64,000 nt of DNA from Dictyostelium discoideum (GCA_000004695.1 CM000152.2:1504001-1568000); one strand, 5' to 3'; counted from the stretch's first letter, positions 40,304 to 60,577 are shown. Translations and numbers: made by a program. The notes: generated from the sequence alone by a model not told the origin.

Positions 40304-41613
40304 AAATAAATAATAAAAATAATAATAATAATAATAATAATAATAATTCTGATTATTTTAGATATTTTTTCCTTTTCCTTTTTTAAATTTCAAATTTCAA
40401 ATTTTTTTTTTTTTAATTTTGATTTTTAATTTTTTATTTTTAATTTTTTTTTTTTTTATTTTGGGGGCCAATGAAAGAAATCTGGTGGTTTGAGGAAAAA
40501 CCAAAATTGATTTTTAAAAAAAAAATAAAAAATAAAGGAAAAAGAAAAAAATTATTGGGTAATTGCAAAGATACCAAAATTTTAATTTTTTTAATTTTTT
40601 TTATTTTTTTCCTTTTTTTCTAAATTGTTGTTGTTCCTTGTTTTACTTTTTTTGTGCATTGTTCACTTAATTCTCAAAGAAATTATGACGCTATGGTAAG
40701 TTTATGCTTTAGCCCCAGTGTATTGGTTAGATAAAAATCAAAAGTTATGTCTTGATTTATAAATATAAAAAAAAAAAATCCAAAAAAAAAAAGAAAAAAA
40801 AAAAAAATAAAAAAAAAAAGTGAATAAAAAAAAAAAAAAAAAACATTGTTAGTGTACCTATTTTTATAATAAAGTTATTTATATTATTAGAATAATTTTT
40901 TATTTTTTATTTTTATTTTTTTTTTTCATGTTTACTTAATCTCAATCAAATCTTATTCATCATCTTTTTTGTGTAGTTTATCTATTTTTAGGGGTTCCCA
41001 AATCAAAATTTGTAATCTGGTGGTGGGTGTGTGTTTTTTTTTTTTTTTTTATTTTCATTTTTTTTTTTTTTTTTTTTCATAAAAATTAAACACTACAAAA
41101 ATATTAAAAATAATATATAATAAATACATACAAATTACCTACCTTATTATTATTATTTTAAAATATAACATTCCAATAGTTGTGTCATATCATCAGTACC
41201 ACTCTCACTAACACACTCAAAATATAAATAAATAAATATACCCACATCCTGAACTGTTTTTTATTTTTTTTTATTTTTTATTTTTTTTATTTTTTTTATT
41301 GGTTTTTTTTTTATATCAAAAAAACATATTCATTTTTTTTTTTTTTTTTATTTATAATTTATTTTTGTTTTTTTAATTATATCAAATAAAAAAAAAATGA
41401 AAATAAAAAAAAAAAAAATAAAAAAAAGAGAGAAACGTAGAAACAACCACATTTTCATCACACTTCTATCACATATAAATTTTTAAAATTTTTTTTTTTA
41501 TTAAAAAAAAAATATTTATTTGATTAATAAAAAAAAAAAAAAGTCCCCAAAAAAAAAAAAATAAAACAAAAACAAAATCAAGAACAAAATCAAAAAAAAA
41601 AAAAAAAAAAAAA

Positions 41614-41730
41614 ATGTTTAACAGTTTTGAATTTAATTATTACAACGATTCCCCATCATTCCTCTCAGATGATTTAATTCCTCAATATAATAATCAATTC
41701 CAAAGTTTACAACAAAATCCACAATTAAAT

Positions 41731-41784
<54 letters not shown>

Positions 41785-43048
41785 TATAATAATAATAATA
41801 ATAATAACTTTAAAAATGATAATTTATTCCAAAATAGTAATTTATTTGTTTTCCAAAATGATTTAAACAATAATATAAATATAAATATAAATAATAATAA
41901 TTTTAATAATAATAATAATTTTAATAATAATATTAATTTTAATAATTTTAACAATAATAATATAAATAATGGATTTACATATTCAAATAACCAAAACAAT
42001 AATTTCAAACCTAATAACAATGGATGTGATGTTGAATATTCCGATCATTCAGTAATTTCAACACCAACTTCATCAATTTACAATGAAAATGAAAATAATA
42101 ATATTAATAATTTAAATAATAACATAAATAATACTGACAATACTTGTAATATTCTAAATAATAATAACAATAGTAATAATAATGATATGAATAATAATAA
42201 TAATAATAATAGTAATAACCAAAATGAAGTTACTAATATAAATAGTAATATTTCCCCAAACTATGAAAATCAAAATCAAAATCAAAATGAAAATGAAAAT
42301 AATAGTAATAATAATAATAATAAACCCAATGATAATTTGGTTGAAAATAATACCAATCAAATAACAAATCCAAATAATATTGACCAACAACAAGAACAAC
42401 CACAATTAAATCAAGTTGAAAATAAAATAAATAATAATAGTAATAATAATAATATAAATAATAATAATAATAATAGTGGTGAATTTTGTCCAGATTATGT
42501 ATATTTTGTAAATAAACAATTGAATGAATTTTCAAATTGTCTACCAATTTTAGAAAAAGATATGCCAGATTTTGCCTCGACTATCAAGGGTATAATTAGT
42601 CCAAATATTGTTGGTTCTTCGATTAAAAATGAAAATAAATCAACACCAAATTCAACTTCAACATCAATTGCATCCTATTCATTTGAACTAAATCCATCAA
42701 CTCCACTTGATGGTGTTTCTCACACAATTCAACAAACTTCACCATCAACTCAACCAAGTACTCCAGTTTCAAACGATATCATAGAAAATAATTCTATCAC
42801 CGCCTCAACTCAAAATGTAAATACTGTAAATAATCAAACCACAACAACAACCACCTCCACCACCTATACATCAACTTTTGCCCTATCCTCATCATCATCA
42901 TCATCATCTTCTTCTTCTTCTTCAAATGGTAGTGGTAAGAAAAGAGGTAGACCACCAAGAGCCAAATCTTCGACTGATTTAATTGGCTCGCCAAATTCAT
43001 TATCAAACTCTTCTTCAACTGTAGTATTAAGCGCAAGTACACCATCAT

Positions 43049-43089
<41 letters not shown>

Positions 43090-43527
43090 TCAGGTACACC
43101 AACTGGAGAAACTCTTGAGAGTATTGAATCAAAGAGAAAATATCTTTGTCAATATTGTAAGAAACCAAAAAAGAATCACAAATGTGATCATCCTGATGCA
43201 AATAAAGAATCTACTGAAGAAAAGAAAAAAAGAAAACATAAAATATTAAAAACTTCAACCACTTCCATTGGTGGTGATATCACTATTAAAGATGAAAATA
43301 TAACATCATCAGTTGTTGATAACAGTGTTTTTGGTTCACCTGAAATTACAACAACCTCTCTCTCTGATCCAACAAAACTTTTAATACCAATTTTAGAAGA
43401 AAAGGATAAAAATAGTGTCGTACCTTCATTAGATGAATCCATCAATAAACATTTTGATCAAGTTACTCAAGATAATGAAATTCATTTCTTTGAAATTCCA
43501 ATTAATGATGGAATTGTCCTATTATAA
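41614..43527 (+). CDS. Putative AT-hook DNA-binding protein, N-rich, with a CxxC...HxCxH zinc-binding motif.
   Basis: 637-aa single ORF. 'GKKRGRPPRAK' is a canonical AT-hook. 'YLCQYCKKPKKNHKCDHP' is the zinc-binding motif. The rest is an extensive Asn/Thr/Ser-rich low-complexity region. Confidence 0.55.
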
Positions 43528-43549
43528 TTTAATTTAATTTAAATATAAA

Positions 43550-43613
43550 TATAAATATAAATATAAATATAAATATAAATATAAATATAAATATAAATAT
43601 AAATATAAATAAA
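43550..43613. repeat. (ATAAAT)10 hexanucleotide microsatellite just 3' of the AT-hook gene.
   Basis: Read directly from the sequence. Confidence 0.95.
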
Positions 43614-43691
43614 ATAAACAATATTTATAATAATAATAATCAAAACCTTTTTTATTAGTTTCAAAAAAATGGTAATCTTTTACTGAATTTA

Positions 43692-43739
<48 letters not shown>

Positions 43740-44382
43740 GGATTCAATGTCAAAGATCGGGGTTCTCTATGTACTATGACATTAGGAATGGTTTAAAAAA
43801 TAAAAAAAAAAAATAAAATACTAATTAAATTCTGAAAATAAAATTTTTGATTAAAAAAAAAATTAAAAAAAAAAAAAAATGAAAAAATCACATTTCTTTT
43901 TTTAACAAAAACCTTTTTATTTTTTAAAGGTCAGAAGAGTTTTCTTCAAATATTTTTATTATGATTACAGAGAAATTTTTTATTTTCCCAATATACATTT
44001 TATAAACAAATAAAAAAAAAACTATTATTAAATTTTAAAATTTGGTTTTTTTTTTTTATTTTTTTTTAAATCATTTAAATCCAAAAAAAATAAAAATTCT
44101 ATATATATAATTATTATTTAAAAATACTGGGATGCAACATTGGTAATTTATTTGAAAAGAAAAAAAAAAAAAAAAACAAGATATTTTTTTTTTTTTATTT
44201 TATTTTTTTTTTTTTTTTTTGAAATATCTTTGGGACCAAAAGAATTGGGATTTTATTATTATTGTTTTTTTTTTTTTATTTTTTATTTTTCCTTTTTCTT
44301 TTTTATATATTCAATCTGAATCATTTTTTTTTATTTTTCATTTCAAAAAAATTACATTTCAATAATTCAAATTCATATTAAA

Positions 44383-44583
44383 ATGTTTGGTTTTATATAT
44401 AGAGACCCTTCTCCAGCACCTCAAGGTAAAATTAGAGATGGTTCAAAAGACCCAAAAACACCAGGTGGTGGTGGTGGTGGTGGTGGTGGTATTTCTCCAA
44501 ATGGTGGTGCTCCCCTTGGTGGTAAAGGGTTAGTAATTTTTAATTTATTAAAAAATTTTAAAAAACAAAATACCTCAGTTACT

Positions 44584-44621
<38 letters not shown>

Positions 44622-44753
44622 CAAAAAAAAATTTAGATTCTCAATGTAGTTTTAACTTTATTTTGTTACAATTCGATAATTATTATTAAATCAAATAAAA
44701 TTATTATATTTGGTTCATCTTCTATTTTAAAAAAAAATTATTTTTATTTTTAA
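44383..44753 (+). CDS. Candidate small gene, speculative. Exon 1 (44383..44532) encodes 'MFGFIYRDPSPAPQGKIRDGSKDPKTPGGGGGGGGGISPNGGAPLGGKGL'. A possible exon 2 (44637..44753) encodes a hydrophobic tail.
   Basis: The ORF starts at an ATG and the encoded sequence is proline-containing. There is a GTAATT donor at 44533, and an AG acceptor at 44635-36 follows a T36 run. The phases are compatible. No homology is known to me. Confidence 0.2.
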
Positions 44754-44803
44754 AAATAAATTTTTTTTTATTTTTTTTATTTTTTTTTCAAAAAACGAAA
44801 AAT

Positions 44804-44842
<39 letters not shown>

Positions 44843-44958
44843 TATTTAATCAATGTTTTGGGTGTTTTTCAAAATAAAAGATAATAACAGAGAAAAGGAA
44901 TTATAAGAAAAGAAAAACAATTTTAAATTTTAGAAAAAAAAAAAAAAAACACACACAC

Positions 44959-45561
44959 ATGTCCTCTGTAGAAATAACACAAACAGATTCAAATAATAAT
45001 ACTGAAGAATATAATAACGATAATAGTAATAGTAATAACGATAGTTCAAATCAAAGTACGGAATTACCAAAACTACATGAAGCAATTATAAATGGTAATT
45101 TTGAAGATGTTAAAAAGATGATTGATTCTGGTAATGTAAATTTAGAAGAAGGTGATTTCGGTGGACTTCATCCATTACATTTTGCAGCACGTATGGGTAA
45201 TATAGCAATTGGTCAATATCTACTAGACAAAGGTGTAGATATCAATGCAGAGAATAACTATGGATCAACACCAATCCTTGAAGCTGTTCGTAGAGGTGAA
45301 GTTGAATTTGTAAAGTTTTTAATATCGCGTGGTGCAAACCTCTCCATTGGTGACATTGACGATAATACACCACTTCATTTAGCCGTAATGTGTGAAGATG
45401 GTGAATTAATACCAATACTATTAGATGCTGGCTCGCCATTAGATGCTAAAAATAAAGATGATGAAACTCCAATTCAAGTCACTGAAGATAAAGATATTAT
45501 TGATTATATAAATGAATTTAAAGCATTAAAAGAAAAACAACAACAACAACAACAAAAATAA
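44959..45561 (+). CDS. Ankyrin-repeat protein (about 4 ANK repeats), single exon.
   Basis: '[26 protein letters not shown]', '[29 protein letters not shown]', '[27 protein letters not shown]' and '[30 protein letters not shown]' all follow the ANK consensus (TPLH...G......LL..GA). Confidence 0.8.
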
Positions 45562-45642
45562 CAAAAATATCAACAATTAATTAAAAAACTTAATAAATAA
45601 TTTAAACTTGTATATTCTTTAAATTTCCTCATTTTATGCCTT

Positions 45643-45681
<39 letters not shown>

Positions 45682-47166
45682 CCTCCCATGTGTGTGAATT
45701 TTTTTTATTTTTTTTTTTTATTTTTGGGAAAACAGATTCAAAAATTTTATATGTATTAATTTCACCAATAATTATTAATATAAAAAAAAAAAATAATAAA
45801 ATTATGATTTGATAATAATAATAATAAATCATTGTATGTTTAACTTTTCATAATTGATTAGATTGTTTTGTTTTGTTTTGTTTTTTTTTACATTTTTTAC
45901 CATTGATAAGTTTAATAGATATATACTATTTATGTATATTTTTTAAGAGGTTTCATAAATCTATTATAAAAAATCTCAAAAAAAAAAAAAAGATAATCTA
46001 AAAAGTTAGGTTAAAACAAATTTTATTTTTGGGAAAAATAATATATCTCAACCCACGTTTGGTAATAAAAAAAAAAAAAAAAAAAATTAAAAAAAATATA
46101 AAAAAAAAAATAATATTAATTTTATTTTATTTTTTAAATACATCTCTCCCATACACACCAAAATGGTTTTATCCAATAAAAAATAAAAATTAAAAAATTA
46201 ATGATTAGAAAATAAAAAAAAAAATTGGATATTATTATAAATGACGTAAATTTAAACATTGGGTAATAATCCAAAAATAACAGTGAGAAAAAATAAAAAA
46301 TGGGTTAACTATAACTATAAATATGTTTATTTGTTTTTTTTTCCATTTTTTCCATTTTTTTTTTTTTTTTTCAATAATAAAATTAAATTTTACATTAAAT
46401 AATAATATAATAAAAAAAAAAAAAAAAAATAAAAAAATTAAAAAAAAAAGTAAAGGAAAAATACCTATAAATATTTTAATCATTTTTTTTTTTTAAATGC
46501 CGAGTAGCTCTTTTAACAATCAAAAGAATACAAATACAAATAAAAGTACTAGAGACCTAAAAAAGAAGAAATCTTCAAAATTTAATTTATTTATTTATAT
46601 AAAAACTTGTATTTCCAATAATGACTTTAATAAGTAATTATTTAAAATTAAAAAATTAAAAAAAAAAAAAAAATAATTTATACTAAAATTAAAAAAAAAA
46701 AAAAAAAATAGAATTTTTGTCAAAATTGGTAAATAAAAATAATGATGAAAATAATGGATCAATTTCAATGAATAGAATTGAAAGTAGAAGTAGTATTAAT
46801 ACATCAGAGATTGATATTTTTAATTATAATACTATATCAAGTTGTAACAATACTCCTCAACCATCACCATATCACCAAAATAGATTCAATCAACCAAATT
46901 TTTTTGAAGAAATTAAAAGAGAAGATGATACAAGATTATTGGCATATTCTTTATAATTTTTAATAAAAATCTAAATGCATATAGAAATTCATTATTAATA
47001 ATTTTTTTTATTTATTATTATTATTTAATTAATAAAAATTAAAAATTAAATATAATAATTTAAAAAATTATGGTATAATTTGAGATATTCTGTAAATTAT
47101 TTTCTATTTTTGGAATTATTTAATCAAAAAAAATTGGAATTTAAAAGTGTTTAAAAATAAGTTTGG

Positions 47167-47197
<31 letters not shown>

Positions 47198-47324
47198 TTA
47201 GAAGTCGAAATTTGAATTTTTATTTTTCATTTTTTTTTTTTATTTTTTTTTTTATTTTTTTTTTTTTTAACCCTTCATTGTATTATATTTATACATATAT
47301 ATAATTAACATTTCAAAATAAGAA

Positions 47325-48389
47325 ATGTTTCAAACAAGTGGACTATTCGGACAAGCCTCTACTACAACAGGTGGTGGTTTGTTTGGTACAGCAGTAACAC
47401 CAACATCAACTGGTGGTAGTGGATTATTTGGTACAAGTACATCAATAGCTCCAACATCAACTGGTGGTGGATTATTTGGCACAAGTACAGCAGTAACACC
47501 AACATCAACTGGTGGGGGTGGATTATTTGGTACAAGTACAGCAGTAGCACCAACATCAACTGGTGGTGGTGGATTATTTGGTGGTGGTGGTGGTGGAGGT
47601 CTTACATCAAGTATTGGTCCACAAGGTGGTGGTGGTCTATTTGGAAGTACAACATTACCAACATCAACAAGTGGTAGTGGTCTATTTGGTGGTCAATCTT
47701 CAATTGGATTTGGTCAACCCAATAGTGGTAGTGGTAGTGTTAGTGGTGGTCTATTCGGCTCTACTTCAGTACAACAACCACAACAACAACAACAACAACC
47801 ACAACAACCTTTAATTACAGAATCAACTAAATTCTCTGATTTACCACCACAATTAAAGAATGAATTACAAATTTTAAAGTATGTACAAGTAAATATATCA
47901 ATTAATTAACAACAACAATAATATATTAATAATTTATTTAATTTTTAAAATGATAGTAAAATGATTATAAATAATAATTCATTAATGAATTCATTTTCAA
48001 ATTATGATACAAAGATAAATGAAATATCGATTGGGTTGGATCAAGTTGCATCAGTTATGGATAATTTATTTAACAATTTCGATATTCATATTCAATCATT
48101 TAAATATTTAGAAGAATCATTAGCAAAACCATTGAATTCAGTGAATGAACAAGTTCATCTTTTATCAACACAATTTCATTCACCATTTTCACAAGCAAGA
48201 CCTTCAAAAGAGATGGAAATTATCGTTGATAGTTTAGTTGAAAAAATTGATCGTATTAAACAAACTATATTATGTGTTACTCCAACTAATAAATCACAAT
48301 CTCAAAATTTATCATTTCAAGAATGTAATATATCAATATCATATAAAAAAAAAAAAAAAAACTAATACATATATAAATATAAATATTAA

Positions 48390-48425
<36 letters not shown>

Positions 48426-49266
48426 CTCTCTTTTATTTATAGCATTTATATCAACATTACAATCAAATCAAATTATATTAAGAAATTTAGCATATATAGT
48501 GGATAATTTAGTAACAGAATTAGAAAGACATAAAAAACACTTTTTATTATATAAAAAAAAATATTATAATCAAAATTATAATCCATTTCTAAAACAACCA
48601 AAATTAAATGAAAAAACAGATTATCATGGTAGTAGTAGTCTTCATCATTCTCATTTTTCACAATCATCAAATCTTTTATCATCACAATCATCATTATTTG
48701 GATCTTCAATGTATGGAAGACAATCTCAACAACAACAACAACAACAAAACCCACAACAATCTCAATATTTACAATCATCAACATTTCAACCAATACAAAC
48801 ATCAACATCTTTTTTTAATCCAACATCAACAACAACAACAACGTCATTTGGCTTAACCAATAATAATAATAATAATAATAGTTTGGCAAGTAATAATAGT
48901 AGTGGTGGTAGTAGTGGTTCTAGTTTAGGTAGTTTAGGTAGTTTAGGTAGTGGTAGTGGAAGTGGATTATTTGGGAGTACAGCTACAAATAATAGTTTAG
49001 GTAGTACTTCAAGTAGTGGTAGTACAAGTAGCTCAATTGGTGGATCAAATTCAATCGTTATACCACCATTAGCAATTGGATCAATCACTAATAATAACAG
49101 TGGTGGTGGTTTATTTGGGAGTTCTAACTCATCATCAAACTCTTTAAATTCATTATCAACCTCATCAAGTAATCTCTTTGGACCACCTCAAACACCAACT
49201 TTATCAGGACAAGGTTCTACACTTGGCTCTGTGGTTTTTCAATCTCTGGTTCAGCTTCAAATTTAG
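47325..49266 (+). CDS. FG-nucleoporin of the Nup58/Nup49 type: N-terminal GLFG repeats, a central helical domain and C-terminal FG/GLFG repeats. Exons 47325..47878, 47957..48324, 48443..49266.
   Basis: There are eight or more 'GLFG' repeats in exon 1. The central region 'IGLDQVASVMDNLFNNFDIHIQSFKYLEESLAKPLNSVNEQVHLLS...' is helical. 'GLFGST', 'GGGLFGSS' and 'NLFGPP' lie near the C-terminus. Donors are GTATGT at 47879 (phase 2) and GTAATA at 48325 (phase 1). The second intron carries (CA)13(TC)5. Confidence 0.65.
48396..48431. repeat. (CA)13 followed by (TC)5 dinucleotide repeat in intron 2 of the FG-nucleoporin gene.
   Basis: Read directly from the sequence. GC-containing dinucleotide microsatellites are uncommon in this AT-rich context. 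Confidence 0.9.
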
Positions 49267-49378
49267 ATACACCAAATAGAAAGAAAAATTCATTAAATTC
49301 TTCAAAAAGATAATTGATTTGGGTGGGGGAATAGTATTTTAATAATAATCAAAGACATGAAAAAAAAAAAAAAGAATG

Positions 49379-49411
<33 letters not shown>

Positions 49412-49554
49412 AATAATTAAATAATAAAATAATAAAAATAAATAAAAAAGAATCAATTAACTTTTGAAATAATTAAATAAAATAAATAAAATTTATTATA
49501 AACAATTATTATATAATTAAATTTAACATTTTTATATTGATGATTTATTTATAT

Positions 49555-50042
49555 TTATTTATCAGAATTTAAAACTAAAAATGCTAAATTTCCAGCGAAA
49601 TTATTTGATTGTACAACTTTATTATCAGAGGTTAAAATGTATTGATCACCAAGTGGCATTATACCAGAGTTGTCACTAATTTCTGGTATAATATTTGATT
49701 TTCCAGTTTTTGTATTAATTAATTGAGCTGAAAATTGTTTAAAGAATAAATAAGATATTGGTTTTGGTCTACCAATAAAACATGTTGCTACACCATTTTC
49801 AGTTGTTAAAAATATTTTCCAATTTTCATTTGTTCCTCCTGAAAAAAAAAAATTAAAAATATAATGATGATTGATGTATTAATAAATAAAAAAAAATAAA
49901 AAAAATAAAAAAAAGTATAATAAATTATTTTTTTAATATAAATAATAAATATAAATATCATACCTGTTGCAGCAAAACTAAAAATACATTTATAATTTTC
50001 CTAAAATAAATTAAATAAATTAAATTAAATTAATTAAACAGT

Positions 50043-50073
<31 letters not shown>

Positions 50074-50260
50074 TCATAATTAAAAAATATTATTAATAAT
50101 AAATTATACTACTACTACCACAACCTACTAAAACTAATTCAACAGTATCTAAATTACCTTCTGGTTTAATATTAAATTCTTTATCAATTTCTTCAGACAA
50201 GGAATTTGTAACCATTAAAAAAATAGTACAAAGAATTAATAAATATTTTAAAAAAGTCAT
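49555..50260 (-). CDS. Small secreted Cys-containing protein, about 150 aa. Three exons on the minus strand: 50260..50129, 50000..49964 (a 37-nt micro-exon), 49838..49555.
   Basis: The signal peptide is 'MTFLKYLLILCTIFLMVTNSLS'. The later exons read 'ENYKCIFSFAATG' and 'GTNENWKIFLTTENGVATCFIGRPKP...'. Minus-strand donors are GTAGGT and GTATGA; acceptors are TTTTAG and TTTCAG. Only one phase combination stays open to the TAA stop. The family is unknown. Confidence 0.5.
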
Positions 50261-50448
50261 TATTATTGTTATTGTTATTGGTATTGTTATTGTTGTTGTT
50301 GTTTTTATGGTAGTTTATTATTAAATTGTTATTTAAAAATATAATGGTTTGATGATGACAGACAATGGCACCACAGAGTGTGAAAATTTTTAATTTTTCA
50401 TTTTTTTTTTTTTTCATTTTTTTTTTTTTAAATTTTTTTTTTTTTTTT

Positions 50449-50489
<41 letters not shown>

Positions 50490-50714
50490 AAAAATGTTTA
50501 TCCAAAAACAAAATTTTTTATTTTAAAAAAAAAAATTATTTCAAACACACACATCCACACCACCCATTCATATATCCAAAAAAAAAAAAAAAAAAAAATA
50601 TAAAATAAAAAAGAAAAAAAAAAAAAACTATTCATTTTTCATTTGTTAATTATCCTTGTTAATTAAGGGATACAATATAAAATAATTTTCAATAACAAAT
50701 TAAAATAAATAATA

Positions 50715-53635
<2,921 letters not shown>

Positions 53636-54737
53636 AAATATTGTATATAATATAAAAATTATATAAACTACTTCAACCACTACTAGTATCAAATAAACAA
53701 TAAATAACAACAATAAAATAATTTAACAATAACCAAAAATAATTAATTAAAATTTAATGTATTAAAAAAAAAAAAAAAAAAAAGAAATAAAAAAATATTT
53801 ATAATATCATTTTTTTTTTTTTTTTTTTTATATACAAAAATATGGTTGATACCACAAATTAATTTTATTTTTATTTTTTTTTTTATTTTATTAATTCATT
53901 TTAATTGGTTGTTTTATATTATTATCATTATTATTCTATACCCCACATTGAAAGTTGTATAAAAAAAAAAAGTTGTATAATAAAAAAATAATAATATAAA
54001 TAAATAAATAAATATATTAAAATAGGAAAGAAAAAAAAAACAACAATAACAACAATAAAATAGAATCCCAATAAATTATAGCAACAAAATTTTTATATAT
54101 CTTGTTGAATGAGAAAAATAATTAATGATAACAACAACAAACAACAACAAACAACAAAAAACAACAACAATTCAATCCACCTCAATAATAATAATGATAA
54201 TGATAATAATAATTATAAAAATAAAAATAATAAAAAATAATAAAAATAATAATAACAATTACTATTTTGGATTGTGTAAGTGATAAAGACAATTGTGAAA
54301 GTGGGTGAAATTTTTCGTATTATTTATAAATAATTGAACACTCTATAATAACACCACTAACCAACCCTCTCAATAATAATATTATTAATAATAAAAACAA
54401 ATTTTTATATTTTAATTTTTATTTTTTTTTATTATTAAAAAAAATAAAAAAAACAATGATATTGATAATAGTGATAGTGATACACTCAATGCATTGTTTT
54501 GTTTATCATTAATATTGAACATGTATTTTTTTTTTAATCTCTAACCCTATTTTTAGCCTATTAGATCGGTTTAAATTATTAAAACAAATAATAATTATTT
54601 GGTAATTATGAGTGTTTAGAAAGAGAATAAAAAATTTTTTAATAATTTAAGGAAAATAACACACAAACACACTATCACCCACTCACATTATCACACACAC
54701 ATTTTCAAGCACACAATATTAACTCCCTCTAATTGGG

Positions 54738-54794
<57 letters not shown>

Positions 54795-55234
54795 CTTTGT
54801 CACATTATCATTATCATTATTAATTATAATTTATTAATAAATTTTTATCTTTTTTTTTTTTTTTTTTTTTTATTTTTTTTTATTTTTTTATTTAATTATT
54901 ATAATCAAAAAAATTGTTATTCTCATCATCAATAAAAAAATTTTAAAAAAAACAATTTTATCATCATTTCCATTTATATCCTATAATTTTAATAGAGAGG
55001 TGTATTGTCTGTTTTTGAAAGTGTGTAATTCATAATTATTGTTTTTATTTTTTTTTATTATTTTTTTATTATTTTTTTTATATTACTATATATTTTTTTT
55101 TTTTTTTTTTTTTTTTATAATATTTAATTTTTTTTATATTATAAATTATTTTATTCACCACCCATCAATAATAAAAATCAATAAGTAAAATAATTACATT
55201 TATCTTATTTATTTACCCTATATTAAAAATTTTA

Positions 55235-55272
<38 letters not shown>

Positions 55273-55275
55273 AAA

Positions 55276-55312
<37 letters not shown>

Positions 55313-55804
55313 ATGATAATTTGTAAATAAATAGTATATAATAAATATATGTGTATATATTTATTATCAATAATTTTCAAAATGTATGTTTTTCTTTTTA
55401 ATTACTATTTTTTTTTTTTTTTTAATTTTTTTTTTTTTTTTTTTTTTCTTCTTATACCCCATAAAAGTATTATTTGTTTTTGCCTTTGTTTTTTTTTTGT
55501 GAAAATAACACACACTACTACCCTGTTATAACCATTTAAAATATATTTTAATAAAAATGGAATTAGTATTTCGAAAAAAATACTTCAAATGTTTTTTATT
55601 CAAATAATATAGTCAAAAAATATTTTTTTATTTATTTTGTTTTTATTAAAATTTTTTTTTTTTTTTTTTTTTTGAAATAAATGTATTTTATATATATCTC
55701 ATTGTTAAAAATAAAAATAAATACTAACCATTTCTATTATTATTATTTTTTTTTATAACAAAATTAGAAATTTTATTTATTTATTTATTTTTGTATAAAA
55801 AATA

Positions 55805-59341
<3,537 letters not shown>

Positions 59342-59774
59342 ATAATTAAATAAAAAAAAAAAAGAATTAATAATAAATAAACAAATAAAAAAATGAATAA
59401 ATAAAAAAAAAAATAAAAAAAAAAGATGAATTTTATCTATTTTTAAATTTTTAGGGTAGTTTAATTATTTAATTTGTTTTTATTTTTTTATTTATTTTGA
59501 AAAATATCTATATAAAAAAATATATGTAAATTTTAAAAATAAATTAAATAAATATGAAAAAAAATAAAAAAAATAAAAAAAAAAGTGTCAAGATTAAGAA
59601 AAAAATGAAACAATTGTTTTTTTTGATTTTTTTTTATTTTTATTCTTTTTTTATTTTTTTTTTTTTTAATTTTTTAATTTTTTTTTTTAATTTTGATCAA
59701 TTTGAAATTAATTTTAAAAAAAAAAAAATTCTTTTCATTTATTTAAAATTCAAATTATCAACAACATGGCAGAA

Positions 59775-59811
<37 letters not shown>

Positions 59812-60577
59812 TTTCAACACCACCACATCAAAAACCACATTTAACAACTGGTTTAAGAACTTCAAGTTCTGGTTTATTAATGGATAAAAGAAGACAAGAT
59901 GAAGAGTATGTGTTTAAATATTATTTCATTTTTTTTTTTCATTTTTTTTTTTTTTTTATTTATTACAATACCTTTTTTTTTTTTTTTTTTTTTCTTTTTA
60001 TTTATATTATTTTATTATTATTTTTTTTTTTTTATATTGTAATTTGTTATTGATAAATATTTTTTTTTGTTTTGTTTTGTTTAATTTTTTTTTTTTTATT
60101 TATTTTTTTTTTATTTTTTTTATTTTTTTATTTTCATCAGTATTATCCTTTTTTGTGCAAATAGTGGTTAATGAACCCACATAAAAAAACATGATGAATA
60201 TTTTTTATAATCCCTTTAAGATTATAAAAAAAAAAAAATAATAATTAAAACCATTTATATTTATTGTCATTGTTGATTATTAGTATTTATATTTAATAAA
60301 TGGTATTTTATTAGTTGGTCTATTTATTATTTAACCCTAAAATAAAAAAAAAAAAATAAAAAAATTATAACAGTAATAATCAATAAAATAATATAAATAA
60401 AATAAAACAAATAATATAAATAAAATAATACAAATAAAATAATATAAATAATTTAAGCAAAAAATAATATAAATAATATTAATAAAAAAAAATACTATTT
60501 AAACTTGATATTAATTTTTTTCTTTAAATTTTTTTTTTTCTTTATTTTTTTTCTTTAATTTTTTTTTTTTTTTTTAA

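Noticed and set aside
46503-46956. Small ORFs 'MPSSSFNNQKNTNTNKSTRDLKKKK...' (46503) and 46717..46956 'MNRIESRSSINTSEIDIFNYNTISSCNNTPQPSPYHQ...'.
   Set aside because: No splice combination links them in frame. There is no recognisable domain, and the second depends on a TTG start in the ORF track. A small real gene is possible, but it cannot be supported from the sequence alone.
59766-60053. 95-aa ORF 'MAENNNNNNNNNNNNVSTPPHQKPH...' upstream of the 5'-nucleotidase gene.
   Set aside because: It cannot be joined in frame to the downstream exons with any GT...AG combination. An internal ATG at 60578 gives a phase-perfect first exon instead. It is kept as a finding and not as a feature.
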